Below are positions 12,300-23,901 of a stretch of DNA of 64,000 nt, piece by piece. The stretch spans positions 223,946,001 to 224,010,000 of the forward strand of contig NC_086097.1 in NCBI RefSeq assembly GCF_963921235.1, in the 5' to 3' direction. A program made the translations under genes and the position numbers. The stretch's first letter is position 1. Every line of letters starts with the position of its first letter. The notes below the pieces were generated by a model. It had not been told where the DNA came from, made no database searches, and worked only from the letters and a program-made list of their open reading frames with translations. Source of the DNA: Mobula hypostoma (lineage: Eukaryota).

Positions 12300-14430
12300 T
12301 TTTACTTAGATTCATTCCATATCCCCTTTGACCCCAGTCATTCAACTACCTATCCAGATGTCTCTTACAATGTTGTTACTTTTCCTGTCTTCACAATTCC
12401 ACTGGAAGCTCAATATACACATCAATTACTTTCTGTGTTAAAAATGTGCCCCTTAGATCTCTTTTATACTTGCCCTGCCTCATATTAGACCTATGCCCTG
12501 CAGTTTTAGATATCCTTACCACTGGAAGTAGATATGATCTATCTATGACACACGTACCTTTCATATTTTTAAAACATGGTAATGTCATGGTTAGCATATG
12601 TTACAGTGCCAATGACCCAGGTACTATTTCACTACTATCTGTGAGGAATTCTCCCTGTGAATGTGTGGGTTTTCTCCAGGTGCCCTAGTTTCCTCCCACC
12701 TTCCAAAGATGTACGGGTTAGTTGGTTCCTACAAAAGGTTGTGGATTTGGCCCACTACATCTCAGGTAAAACCATCTACATGAAATGTTGCCATAGAGAA
12801 GCAGCGTCCATCATCAAAGATCCCCACCACCCAGACCGTGCTCTTTTCCCACTGTTGGCTTCAGGTAGATGGTACAGGAGCCTCAGGACTCGCATCATCG
12901 GGTTCAAGAACAGTTACTACCCCTCAGCCATCAGGCTCTTGAAGAAAAGGGGATAGCCATACTCATTTAAGGATTCTGTTATGTTGTTATTTCACGCTCT
13001 TTATTTATTGCTATTTATTTCTATCAGCATTCGCCCGGTTTGTTTACAGTTAACAGTTTCCGATGTTTGCAGTTTACATTTCCTGTTCTATGGATTTGCT
13101 AAGTTTGCCCGCAGAAAAAGAGTCTCAGGGTTGTATGTGGTGACATGTATATACTCTAATAACAAATTTTACTTTGAACTTTAATCAGTAACGTGGGTAT
13201 AATTGGGCATTGGAGGCTTGTCCGACTGGAAGGGCCTGTAACTGCTATATCCCCAGATAAATAATTTTATACATCTGCATCATACCACTTCTCAGCCTCC
13301 TTTGCTCCAGACCTAGCCTATTCAATTGCTCCTTATAACTCAAGCTCTCCAGACATCGTCCTTGTGAATATTTTCTACATCCTCTCTTGCTTAATCATGT
13401 CCTTCCTACAGTGTGGTGGTGAGAAATACAAACAATATTCCAAACAACAGTGTACAGCTGCAATACGATATCCCAACATTCTGATACTCAATGCCTCTGT
13501 CAATGCAGGCAAGCATGCCATATATGTCTTGCTGTTCACTCTAGCCATCTGCGTTCCCATTTTTAGGAAACTACACTGTATACTTGTACACCAAAATCAC
13601 TCTGTTTATCAACACTCTCCAAGGTCCTGGCATGCACTGTGTTAATCCTACCCTGGTTTAACTTCCCAAAATGCATCGCTTCACAGTTGTCCATTTTAAC
13701 ATCCATCTGTTGTACTCTTGCCCATTTTCCTAGTTGATCTATATCCAGTTCTAATCTTCCACAATCTTTTTCACTGTCATTTATACCACCAATTTTAGTG
13801 TCACCTGCAGACTGACTAATCATGCCACCTACATTCTCATCTAAATCATGACAGAAATAACAAATAACTGAGCATCCAGCATTGTTCCTTGCAGCAGACC
13901 ATTGACTTTCAATCTGAAAACCAACTCGCCACCACCACACACTGCCTCCCACTACCAAGACAAATTTATATCCAATTTTCTAACTCACCCTGGATCCCAT
14001 GTGATCTAGTCTACCAGACCAGCCTACTATGCAAGACCTTGTCAGCCTTGCAAAAATCCACGGAGACAATATGGCAATCCTCTTGGGCATCTCTTCAGTA
14101 AATGTAGTCAAATCTGTAAGATATGATTTCCCATGATGGCCACTCCTTATCAGTTTTTGTCTTTCCAAATAATAAGAAATGCAAATAATCTTCATTCCTT
14201 GGAATCTTTCCTAATAACTCTTCCAGACTGATAAATTATTCATTCATATAGTTTCCTAGCTTATCCATGCAGCTTTTAAATAAAGGAAAAAGCATTAGCT
14301 ACTTTACCTATCTTCCAACAGCATATCTATACCTAACAAAGATATGAAAACCTTTTCCAGACTCCAGTGACCTCCTCTCTTGCTTCCCTTAACATGCTAG
14401 GATACTCTTAGTCAGAGGCCTAGGATAATT
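12300..14430 (-). mobile_element. Old CR1 LINE interrupted by a V-SINE and a Rex1 3' end (12580-13265)
   Basis: ORFs 13563-13958 (DTKIGG...LDIDQLGKWA), 13375-13560 and 12391-12597 are CR1 RT remnants. ORF 12657-12956 (+) runs from V-SINE sequence into a Rex1 C-terminus. Confidence 0.8.
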
Positions 14431-15538
14431 AGGCCTTTAAAGGGGGAAATACTATTTACTGTAGTAGGCTGGACTTCGATAGTACAATTCTATGGCTACC
14501 TCGTTCCTCAGTTGCATCACTTCTATCAAGGTTTAAAATTAGAGTGGATTCACGAGGTGTCACTGTCAATGCATGTCCAACATCAAATGTGCATGGTCAG
14601 TAAATGCTTTTCAGAAACTGAACAGAGCAGGGTTGGCTAAAGTGTTCTGTGGAAATTGCAGGAGAAAGCAAGACAGAGTAGTCATGTTAAATAATTAAAC
14701 ATTAAACCAACAATTTCTTGAGGAATTGGTCTCAATCACTTTTTAGTATTCCAAAGTGAACTGTACCAGACAACTGTATTGGATTATCTTGCACCCATAT
14801 GACGCAATGAAGTTTGGATGTGATCTCAACTCAAGATTCTGAATGTTTGTAACTGAAGACAACCTGGTAATCCTAGATTGTAGACAACAGGATGTCTAAG
14901 ATTAATGGTTTTGTAAGAATGCAACATCTTTTACAGTCGGATATTAAGTTATTCTATGATAGACTAAACTTAATTTAGATAATGACTTGTATCTCTCAGA
15001 AATACACTGTGTAATGTAATTACTGAGAAGCACCGTAAATTCTTTGGTAATCAGTGATGAATGCCCTTACAGAGATAATTAAACAACTGTAAAATCAAAT
15101 ATTCAGGTTTATTATTAACATACAGACAATGACTGGAACGTTAACAAGGAGAAGTTGTGAGTGGGGAGATATATGAGCAAATGCTCTTGCTGGCAATGAA
15201 TATTATGAGTAACTTTACACATAGCAGGGAGCCAAGTTACCACAAAAAGTCAACTACTTATTAGGCTATGACTCTACAAGTTCTTGATATTCTTTCACAA
15301 TATTTTACAAATTTTGGCTCATCAATTTTCCCCTTTCTCAAACAACACGAGATCAATATGGTGTGTGGTGTTTCTAATCAACTTAAACCTTAGTACCAGC
15401 TCATTCTTAAACCAGGATGGGGGAGCATATCCCTCCCATTCTAGCTCGTATACATTGGCTTCCTGTATCTTTCAGACAACACACATCGAAGTTGCTGGTG
15501 AACGCAGCAGGCCAGGCAGCATCTCTAGGAAGAGGTAC

Positions 15539-15574
15539 AGTCAATGTTTCGGGCCGAGCCCCTTCGTCAGGACT
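15539..15574 (-). ncRNA. Minimal type-I hammerhead ribozyme motif (core boxes intact, stem III palindrome mutated)
   Basis: AGUC-CUGACGA-AGGGGCUCGGCCC-GAAA-CAUU-GACU, with stem I AGUC/GACU. Confidence 0.7.
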
Positions 15575-16124
15575 AACTGAAAGAAGAGATAGTAAGAGAT
15601 TTGAAAGTGGGAGGGGGAGGGGGAGATCCGAAATGATAGGAGAAGACAGGAGGGGGAGGGATGGAGCCAAGAGCTGGAAAGTTGATTGGCAAAAGGGATA
15701 TGAGAGGATCATGGGACCCGAGGTCTAGGGAGAAAGAAAAGGGGGGGGGGGACCCAGAGGATGGGCAAGGGGTATAGCGAGAGGGACAGAGGGAGAAAAA
15801 GAAGAGAGAGAAAAAGAATGTGTGTATATAAATAAATAACAGATGGGGTACGAGGGGGAGGTGGGGCATTAGCGGAAGTTTGAGGTCAATGTTCATGCCA
15901 TCAGGTTGGAGGCTACCCAGACAGAATATAAGGTGTTGTTCAATGGGAGTTCAGTGAAACCATCTCTCACTGCTCCCCATCTTCGGCTCTTCAACTTTTT
16001 GACCACATTTTAACTCAGACTCGCTCCATCCCTCCCCCTCCTGTCTTCTATCATTTTGGATCTCCCCCTCCCCCTCCCCCTCCCCCTCCCACTTTCAAAT
16101 CTCTTACCATCTCTTCTTTCAGTT

Positions 16125-16160
16125 AGTCCTGACGAAGGGTCTCTGCCCAAAACGTCGACT
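16125..16160 (+). ncRNA. Minimal hammerhead ribozyme motif (G12>A)
   Basis: AGUC-CUGACGA-AGGGUCUCUGCCC-AAAA-CGUC-GACU. Confidence 0.65.
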
Positions 16161-16507
16161 GTACCTCTAGATGCTGCCTGGCCTGCTGCGTTCACCAGCA
16201 ACTTTTATGTGTGTTGCTTGAAATTCCAGCATCTGCAGAATTCCTCGTGTTTGCATTTTTAAATTCGCTACTGCGAAGCCTCTTCCGGTGATGCCTACAC
16301 CGAAGAAGTTTAAATCTTCTCTTTGACGGGAGTTCAGTGAAACCATCTCTCGCTGCTCCCCATCTGTAATTTCTTCGGCTCTTCAACTTTTCGACCACAT
16401 TTTGACTCAGACTCGCTCCATCCCTCCCCCTCCTGTCTTCTCCTATCATTTAGGATCTCCCCCTCCCCCTCCCACTTTCAAATCTCTTACTATCTCTTCT
16501 TTCAGTT

Positions 16508-16543
16508 AGTTCTGACGAAGGGTCTCGGCCCAAAGTGTCAACT
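16508..16543 (+). ncRNA. Degenerate hammerhead ribozyme motif
   Basis: AGUU-CUGACGA-AGGGUCUCGGCCC-AAAG-UGUC-AACU. Stem I still pairs (AGUU/AACU). Confidence 0.55.
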
Positions 16544-16829
16544 GTACCTCTTCCTAGAGATGCTGCCTGGCCTGCTGCGTTCACTAGCAAATTTTATGTG
16601 TGTTGCTTGAAATCACAGCATCTGCAGAGTTCCTCATGTTTGTGTATCTTTTAGAATTCATTTTAAAGTTCTCGTACTTGTTTTTAAAGCTCTTAATGGT
16701 CTGGGACCAAAGTACATCACAGAATCACTTTCGTATTAAAATCCTGCTCGAGATCTCAGGTCTTCATCTACCAGTCTCTTAAATTTAAACAATCTCCCTC
16801 AAAATATAATTGGCAGGTCAGCTTGAAAG

Positions 16830-18100
16830 CGCTTTCACAGGAAAGCAGCATCCATCATCAGGGACCCCCACAACCCAGGTGATGCTCTCTTCTCACTGCT
16901 GCCATCAAGAAGAAGGTACAGGAGCCTCAAGACTCGTACCACCAGGTTCAGGAACAGCTATTATCCCTCAACCATCAGGCTCTTGAATCAGAGGGGTTAA
17001 CTTCACTCAACTTCACTTATAGTTCACTGAACTGTTCCCACAACCTATAGACTCACTTCAAGGGCTCTTCATTTCATATTCTCAATATTTATTGCTTATT
17101 TATTATTATTATTATATTTTTATTTTTTTCTCTGCTCTAGCTGGTAAAACCTGAGGTATGGGTACAGCCAAGCACACTCATTTCTTAATTGCTAGGAACT
17201 GTTGGACTATTCTAGTGGAGGTTAGTATTGTGGTTTTCTGGAGATTTACATAAATAGTACTGTGTAAGCCTAATTGTTTAATGTTGCTGTGTTGTGACTT
17301 CAGGCTGATGCCGGTTGTAGATATTAGTATTGGAGGACATGTTCATGTTCCATAGTCTTTCAGTTTCCTCCTTAATTCAGCATATTTCTGGTGTTTTTCA
17401 TAGTCATAGTCATATTTTATTGATCCTGGGGGAAATTGGTTTTCGTTACAGTTGCACCATAAATAATAAATAGTAATAAAACCATAAATAGTTAAATAGT
17501 AATATGTAAATTATGCCATTTAGTGATTTCTGTACATTATGTGTGTTTGGAATGGCTATATCTATCAAGTAAGTTGTTCTTGCTTGTTTATCCTGTATTA
17601 TTATCCAGACAGACATAGATTGTCCTATCTGTAATAACGGATTGGCCGTAGTTTAATTAGTGGGACTCTGACTCTAAAACTGGATCTGGCTTGTACTTAT
17701 GTAAGTTATGGTTTCTTTATGAATCTGTATTTTAAATCAAGATTTTGGTGAATGATGTTTGCCACTTGATTGTGCCTGTGTAAGCAATCAAATTGAGTTA
17801 AACTGCTACAGGATCCTGTACTGTGTTAAGATTGTTTCTGGTTTCTCTTGGCATTTTCTGCATTTATCGTCTTGAGTTTGTTGTTGTTATTATTAATATT
17901 ATTTCTTTTTTCCCTTTCTTTTTGTATTAGCACAGTTTGTTGTCTTACACACTGGTTGTCCACCTTGTTGGTGTGGTCTTTCATTGATTCTACAATGGCT
18001 GTTTTAATTTATTGAGTATGCTCACAAGAAAATGAATCTCACGATTGTATATGATGACATACAAGTAATTTGATAATAAATTTACTTTGTTTTTTGGAAC
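16830..18100 (+). mobile_element. Rex1/Babar 3' end split by an R4/Dong insertion
   Basis: The RKAASIIRDPHNPG..LPSRRRYRSL peptide is at 16835-16995. The 3'UTR resumes at about 17880 and ends aataaatttactttg. Confidence 0.75.
17117..17878 (-). mobile_element. R4/Dong-clade non-LTR retrotransposon 3' fragment (CCHC finger plus restriction-like endonuclease)
   Basis: The frameshifted minus-strand translation reads DKCRKCQEKPETI/HSTGSC...HRHNQVANIIHQNL..KY...KYKPDPVLES...VITDRTI. It is flanked by (TTA)n. A short Rex1 tail is inserted at about 17398-17520. Confidence 0.75.
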
Positions 18101-19914
18101 TTTGCTCCAAAACTGTGAAATTCAATACCTAATACTATAAAGGATGTAGACTCAGTTGAGACTATTAAATTCCAGGTCAAAATCTATTTATTAAACCTTG
18201 CTTTTAACTAACATCTTTTTGGCTTTCATTTTCACGTTTGCACATTATTCCATTGTAAACCACTTTGAACTACATCGTCTGTATAAAAAGTGCTTTTTAA
18301 ATAAGTTGAAATTATTTATGTGGTCCAAGCTAAGAAATACCGGAGACCTATTTATAAGGGTCACTTCTTCACTTGGACATGCTGAGGAAAATTTAATTAT
18401 GAAACACTGTAACTCGACCAATTCTCGTCAAATTTCTTTGATGGGTGCTATAAGTAATATAGCAAATTAGACATGATACTAATTGCGTCTGGGTGGAATG
18501 TACGCATTATGCTAAAACAAATTTTATGGGTAAATGTGGAGGTGTAGCTGAAAATAGCTGAATAACCCATTAATATTGGAGACAGATATTTTCTGTTTTG
18601 ACTGGTATAATCTTAAAGCATACACTGGAGTAATCAGGGTGGTTTGTGGGCGTTAGGAAGATGGGGTAGTGAGATGGGGAGAGAGTGGGCTGGAGGCAGG
18701 GAGACCTTCCAGTTGGGTGCTGAATAGCAGGTGCCACCTTCTTACCTCCCAGCCAACCAGGACTGCTGAAGTAGGCTCAATGCCACAACAGAAATCCAAC
18801 TAAAGTATGTCAACGACCACTGTTATAAAATGCCTGCACATTAGGTTAGTGTTACACTCTGTAGATGACATATTTCAAACCCAGATCCTCTTTCACTTCC
18901 TTTGTTGCTATTACTATTAAGACCACCGTCTTTGGGATGAAAGGTTAAGCAGTGACCATGGTTGCACAATCAATTGGATGGGAAACGCCCCAAGATACAA
19001 TTCAGACAAGTTTGTTCAAAGCTCTATTCAAATAAAACCACTGAATCAGCTCATTTGGTTATTAATTTTACGTTATTTGCAAGTCATACTCTATGTAAAC
19101 TGTCACATTTACAAACTGCTCTTGTGCTTGTGTTTTTAGGTTAACAAACAGGATTTCACAATCCCAGTAGGACTAACGTTAATTAGAATTTTACAAATGG
19201 CCATGAGAGGGTGGCCTTAACCAATTTTGAGAGTAGGTGTAGTTCATGTGCTAAAGATAATCACATAGAGTTGTTAGATAGAGAGCCTGGAGCATAGAGA
19301 TTCAGTTCAAAATCATGATGATGCCACATGTTGTACATGTTGTACTGTTCCCCTACATGCTGCCTTTTTTTGTTTTGCAGGTAATAGGATGTGCTGGGTT
19401 TGTGAGACAATGTCAAATAAATCTCAGCAAGTCACTGCATTGCATTGCAGACAGCGCTATGGACAAGGCAATGGATGTATCTGGGGTACCTCCTCAATCT
19501 CAAGGTCATTCCATCACCTGCAAAGAACGGGAGGATTCTCCAAATTTTTCAGTCCATGATGAAATGAGACTTTGTGCTTGTGTGATCCTGGCAGTGCTCA
19601 ACTGTTTATGGATAGATTGTTAAGTACTGCTTGCAGACACCGTGCAAATGAATGAGACAGATAGGGCAAGGATTAGATGGTTCGATCCTGCGAATTGTGC
19701 ACCAGACATGCCTGGTCAGTTTTTCACTTTGGCCTACCCCCAATATGCCTTGAACAGCTGGCAAAGATGAATATAAAATGCCCAAAGGCACTGAATAAGA
19801 ATTCTTACCAAAGCCAATGGATTCAATTCATATCCTGAATAACCAACAGGATTGACCTCGTTAATTATTTCAGTGTCATTACATTTATTTCATTATTTCC
19901 CTTTACACTTCTTT

Positions 19915-21075
19915 AGAATCCTGGTTCTGAAGGTTGTCATAGCCGGGGTTGGTAGTGGGGTTAAGCTCCCACTACCTATAAAGTGCTCCAAATGGTGTGT
20001 GTCTCCAACAGCCTCTGACAACCAAGTCCAGCTCTCGGCCTTCATGTGTGGCTTAGCTACTAGGCCCGGCGGAACTCTTTCTACTGACAAGAGAAAGGGC
20101 AAAGGCAGACCACTGGCGTCTCAAAACCAGGTGCTTCAGACAGATGGGGCTTGTCAGCCTTGGACAGCAGACCGCCTAGGAGAAGGAAAACTCAGATTTT
20201 AAACCTCCGCCGCCTTGTGGCCATACCCACCCATGGGAAAGGCTTTTGAAGTAATCCCCGAGGAAGAAATCTGTAGCTGGGGTCCCTAAGGCAGCTTGAT
20301 ATTGTTTATGTAAGGGTTTCTCTTTTATGTTAACTGCTAAGGCTAATAAAATGGCTTCGCTGTAATGTTAACTGCTGAGGTAATGGGTTCTCTGTAGTAG
20401 CATGTTTGGGTTATAGGTAGAGATAACAGGACTTTGGAATTCAGTTGCTAACCAATGGATGAGATGTTATTCTTTCTTGTTTGTGTGAAAGCTGTTGGTT
20501 TTCGCTGGCTTTGGGAAGAAGGCACGAGGGGAATGAAGAGAGGAGATGCGACTTGAGGAGTCGGTGGGCTGTCCGACCCTCCGGGCTCCGGCGGGAGCCG
20601 AGGGTCAACGACGATCGAAGGAGGATCAGCGAAGGAAAACTGTAAGCTCCAATGAATTGTGCAGGAACTGATTAAATAAATTCTTGGTGCCTTTTATTTT
20701 ATATTTTGTTCTCTGCTAGTCTCATAGTCCAAGTAAGAGTTATAAAATCTTATTTGTTTAACTGCATATTGTGTACTGACACAGGGGACACTTCACGCAG
20801 TATCCACCCAAACGGGAGTTCTAAAGTTTGGCAGGGCAGGGGGGGTTACCACCCCCAAGATCATGCCACTAGGCAAAGTGAGTGTTACATTTACAACTTT
20901 ACTCTGACAAGCTGTATCGACACTTGCCCTTCCCTTGGACTACATCAGTGACGTGGAGAGGGGGAACCCGCTGCATGGGCAACAGCTGGTTCTTCAAATC
21001 TTCCTGCCCAGGGTTGTGCCCTGGAAAGGACACGGTCCACCAGAGTTGCAAACCCCTGATCGACGACTGCCTACT
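19915..21075 (+). mobile_element. RTE-related SINE-like element interrupted by a solo LTR
   Basis: Colinear with 5270-5810 on both sides of 20309-20889. Confidence 0.7.
20309..20889. mobile_element. Solo LTR (581 bp; Gypsy/ERV-type)
   Basis: TGTAA...TTACA termini with a 4-bp TSD TTTA (20305-20308 and 20890-20893). The empty site gtttacaac is seen in the paralogous copy near 5605. Confidence 0.85.
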
Positions 21076-21126
21076 ACTATTTAGAATCCCACAGGTTAGC
21101 TTCTCACCAAAACACTGCCTTCAGGT

Positions 21127-21415
21127 GGGCGCCACACAGCGCAGCGGTTAGCGTGATGCTATTACAGCTTGGGGCCACAGAGTTCAAAGTTCAATTCTGA
21201 TGTCATCTGTAAAGAGTCCGTATGTTCTCTGTGGAACGTGTGGGTTTTCTCCTGGTCCTCCCGTTTCCTCCCACAGTTTGAAGACGCACCAGTTAGTATG
21301 TTTATTAGTCATTGCAAATTGCCCCAGTAACTAGGCTAGGGGCAAATCGGTAGACTGCTGGGCAGCACGGCTTGAAGGGCTGAAAGGGCCTATTACGCAC
21401 CGTGTCTCAGTAAGT
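21127..21415 (+). mobile_element. tRNA-derived V-SINE (HE1-like)
   Basis: A-box-like gcagcggttagc, B-box gttcaattc and V-domain gtgtgggttttctcc...tttcctcccaca. Related copies lie at about 24765-25040, 32335-32450, 53335-53455 and 56283-56530 (-). Confidence 0.8.
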
Positions 21416-22135
21416 GAACAGCTTTACAGATTGAACTGGCTCAGACCCAGATAACTTTTCAGTCTGATGTTCCATTTGGAAAAAAAAACCCGGTAGATTG
21501 TATTTTTGATCATTTTGAGATTGCCAGTTTCCTCTTTGTTCCTCAGTAAGCTGTATTCCACAGCTACGATGGGCAAATTCTGTGCCTTAGTTCCTGAAGA
21601 GAAGGGACTCTCATGAAAAGACCATGATTACATCACAGACATACTGCCTGCAGCCTTTAAACCACTAAATTCTGCTAGATTAAATTGATGGAAATTGGCT
21701 TCCAGAATCCAATAGGTTCAGTGATAGGGAGTAAAACTCTTCCATTTTATTAGCACTAATTAGAATATAAAATAGGCATCAAGCAAGATTCCAGGTATGA
21801 ACTTGATCCTCCACTGCAATGTACAAAATATTTTAATTAAAACAGTCTCTTAACATTTTAATCTGTTTTTGTTGAAATTTCTTCTTCATGCATCTGAGTT
21901 AAAGCAGCACTTAAAGTCATTCCTAAAATTAAAGATGTAATTTCCACCGTACAAAGCACTTGGATACTCAGAAGTCAAAAGCAGTACTATATAAATGTAC
22001 TGTATTTGTAATAGTTAAAAATATACCAAGTAATCATCAGGTATAAATAGGCACCATCATAGGCACAAGCCTCCCCACCATCGAGGACACCTTCAAAAGG
22101 TGGTGTCTCAAGGAGGTGACATTCATCATGAAGGA

Positions 22136-22393
22136 CGGGGCACTGCGTGACAGATGGAAGTGGTACACTCTCAACAGAGCGAGAGCGGGAGTTTGTAGGA
22201 CGGGAGACAATATGGTGAAGTGGTGTTTAAAGACCAGCGAATCCTGTGAGTGTGGCGAAAGGGTGCAGAACATTGAGCACGCTCTGCGCAACTGCCCACT
22301 CTCACCTGATTTAGCTGACACTGACCTGCTCAACATCAACTAAACAACACTAGAGTGGCTGGCTGTCTGGTGTGACAAGCTATGATGATGATG
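22136..22393 (+). mobile_element. Vingi/Ingi-type LINE 3' fragment inserted in a Rex1 remnant
   Basis: Encodes W.TLNRARAGVCRTGDNMVKW..KTSESCECGERVQNIEHALRNCP, a CCHC-type C-terminus. It has a (TGA)n tail and an 11-bp TSD atcatgaagga at 22125-22135 and 22394-22404. Confidence 0.75.
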
Positions 22394-23279
22394 ATCATGA
22401 AGGAGCCTCGCCATTGAAGACATTCACTCCTCTCATTACTACCATCAGGGAGGGGGTACAGGAGCCTGAAGACCAAACTCTGAGCCTGAGGCCTGCGCAG
22501 AATCAGCATGAAATCTAATACTGACAGACTTCTACAGATGCAGTGGAGAGTTCCCTGACTGGAATGGAAACATCAATGCCCTAGAACGGAAAAGCCTACA
22601 AAAAGTGGTGAATACAGCCCAGTCTGTCACAGGAAAAAGCTCTCCTAACACTGAACTCATTCCACAACCTAAGGACTCACATTCAAAGACTCTACAACTC
22701 ATGTTTTCAGTTTTTTAAAAACTCAATCTATCTATCTAGTATTATTTATTTATTTATTTATTTATTTCTACAGTGTGTCTTCTTTTGCAGTTGTTTTTTC
22801 CAGTCTTTGTGTGTATCTTTTCATTGATTCCATTGTATTTCTTTATTCTACTATGAATGCCTGCAAGAAAATGAGTCTCAGGGTATATACATACAGTATA
22901 GTGACAGGTGCGTTCTTTGATATTAAATTTACAGTGAACTCTGAAACTTAATGCTTCAGGAGCAGTTTCTTTCTTTCACCATCCCATCAGATTTCTGAAT
23001 GGTCCACAAAATCAAGAACACTATCTCTCTATTCCTCTTTCGAACTATTTATTTATTGTAACCTACAGTAATTTGTTAAGCCCACACAATACTGCTACTG
23101 CAAAGCAACACATTTATTGCCAGTGACAATAAAACCTGATTTTAATTCTGAAAATTAATTGTTTCTTTGGAAAGTGCACAGTATTGCAGTTCATACCACC
23201 TGAGAGCCTTTAAAGAATCCATAAATTTAAATCATTGTGCATAACAATTCCTGATAAAAACTCTACTGTTCATGAATTA

Positions 23280-23901
23280 CAGTACTGTGCAAAAGTCTTA
23301 GGCATATATATAGCTAGAGTGCCTAAGACTTTTGCATAGTACTGTACTAATTTTATGTATTCTTTTTACTGCTGCAAAAAAGCAAATTTCATCACGTATG
23401 TGAGTGATGATAAACCTGATTCTGATATGGGTTTCTATTGTAGACTGAGAGTGGGAAGAGGGCAGTGAGAAGGGAATTATGGTTGGGGAAAGGGGAAGAG
23501 AGAGGGGAGGGAGTGGGAAGTACCAAAGAGACATTCTGTAATAATAAATAAACCAATTGTTTGGAACCAAATGACCTTGCCTCGTGTCTCAAGGCTGGGT
23601 CTATCTGCACCTGCACCACTCCCTGCCCCAGCACTCCTCTGCTAAACCCTCTATCATTATATTCAATGTAGGTCCACACAATATGAATATATTGAAAATA
23701 TGCAACTGATCATTGCGTGAACATATACCACTGGTCCCACACCCCTCCCGTGGTGCTCCACCCTCACCCTCCCCGATATCTTTTGCTCCCGCCAGATTTA
23801 CAAACTCGCTCTCCACTCCACATTAACAAATATAGTACTGTGCAAACATCTTAGGCACCCTAGATATATATATATATGCCCAAGACCTTTGCACACTACT
23901 G
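23280..23901. mobile_element. Tc1/mariner non-autonomous element
   Basis: TIR CAGTACTGTGCAAAAGTCTTAGGCA with TA flanks. Each end carries an extra inverted inner TIR copy. Confidence 0.85.

Larger units (their letters stand above)
15476..16640. mobile_element. Penelope-like element: one inverted terminal repeat (15476-15940, -) and two tandem direct copies (about 15942-16640, +)
   Basis: Three copies of the same terminal unit in an inverted-plus-tandem arrangement typical of PLEs. A possible ORF start ATG at 16291 reads MPTPKKFKSSL*REFSETISRCSPSVISSALQLF. Confidence 0.8.

Noticed and set aside
15942..16640. CRISPR-like or prokaryotic repeat array
   Set aside because: The context is eukaryotic, and the units are Penelope terminal repeats of about 380 bp without unique spacers.
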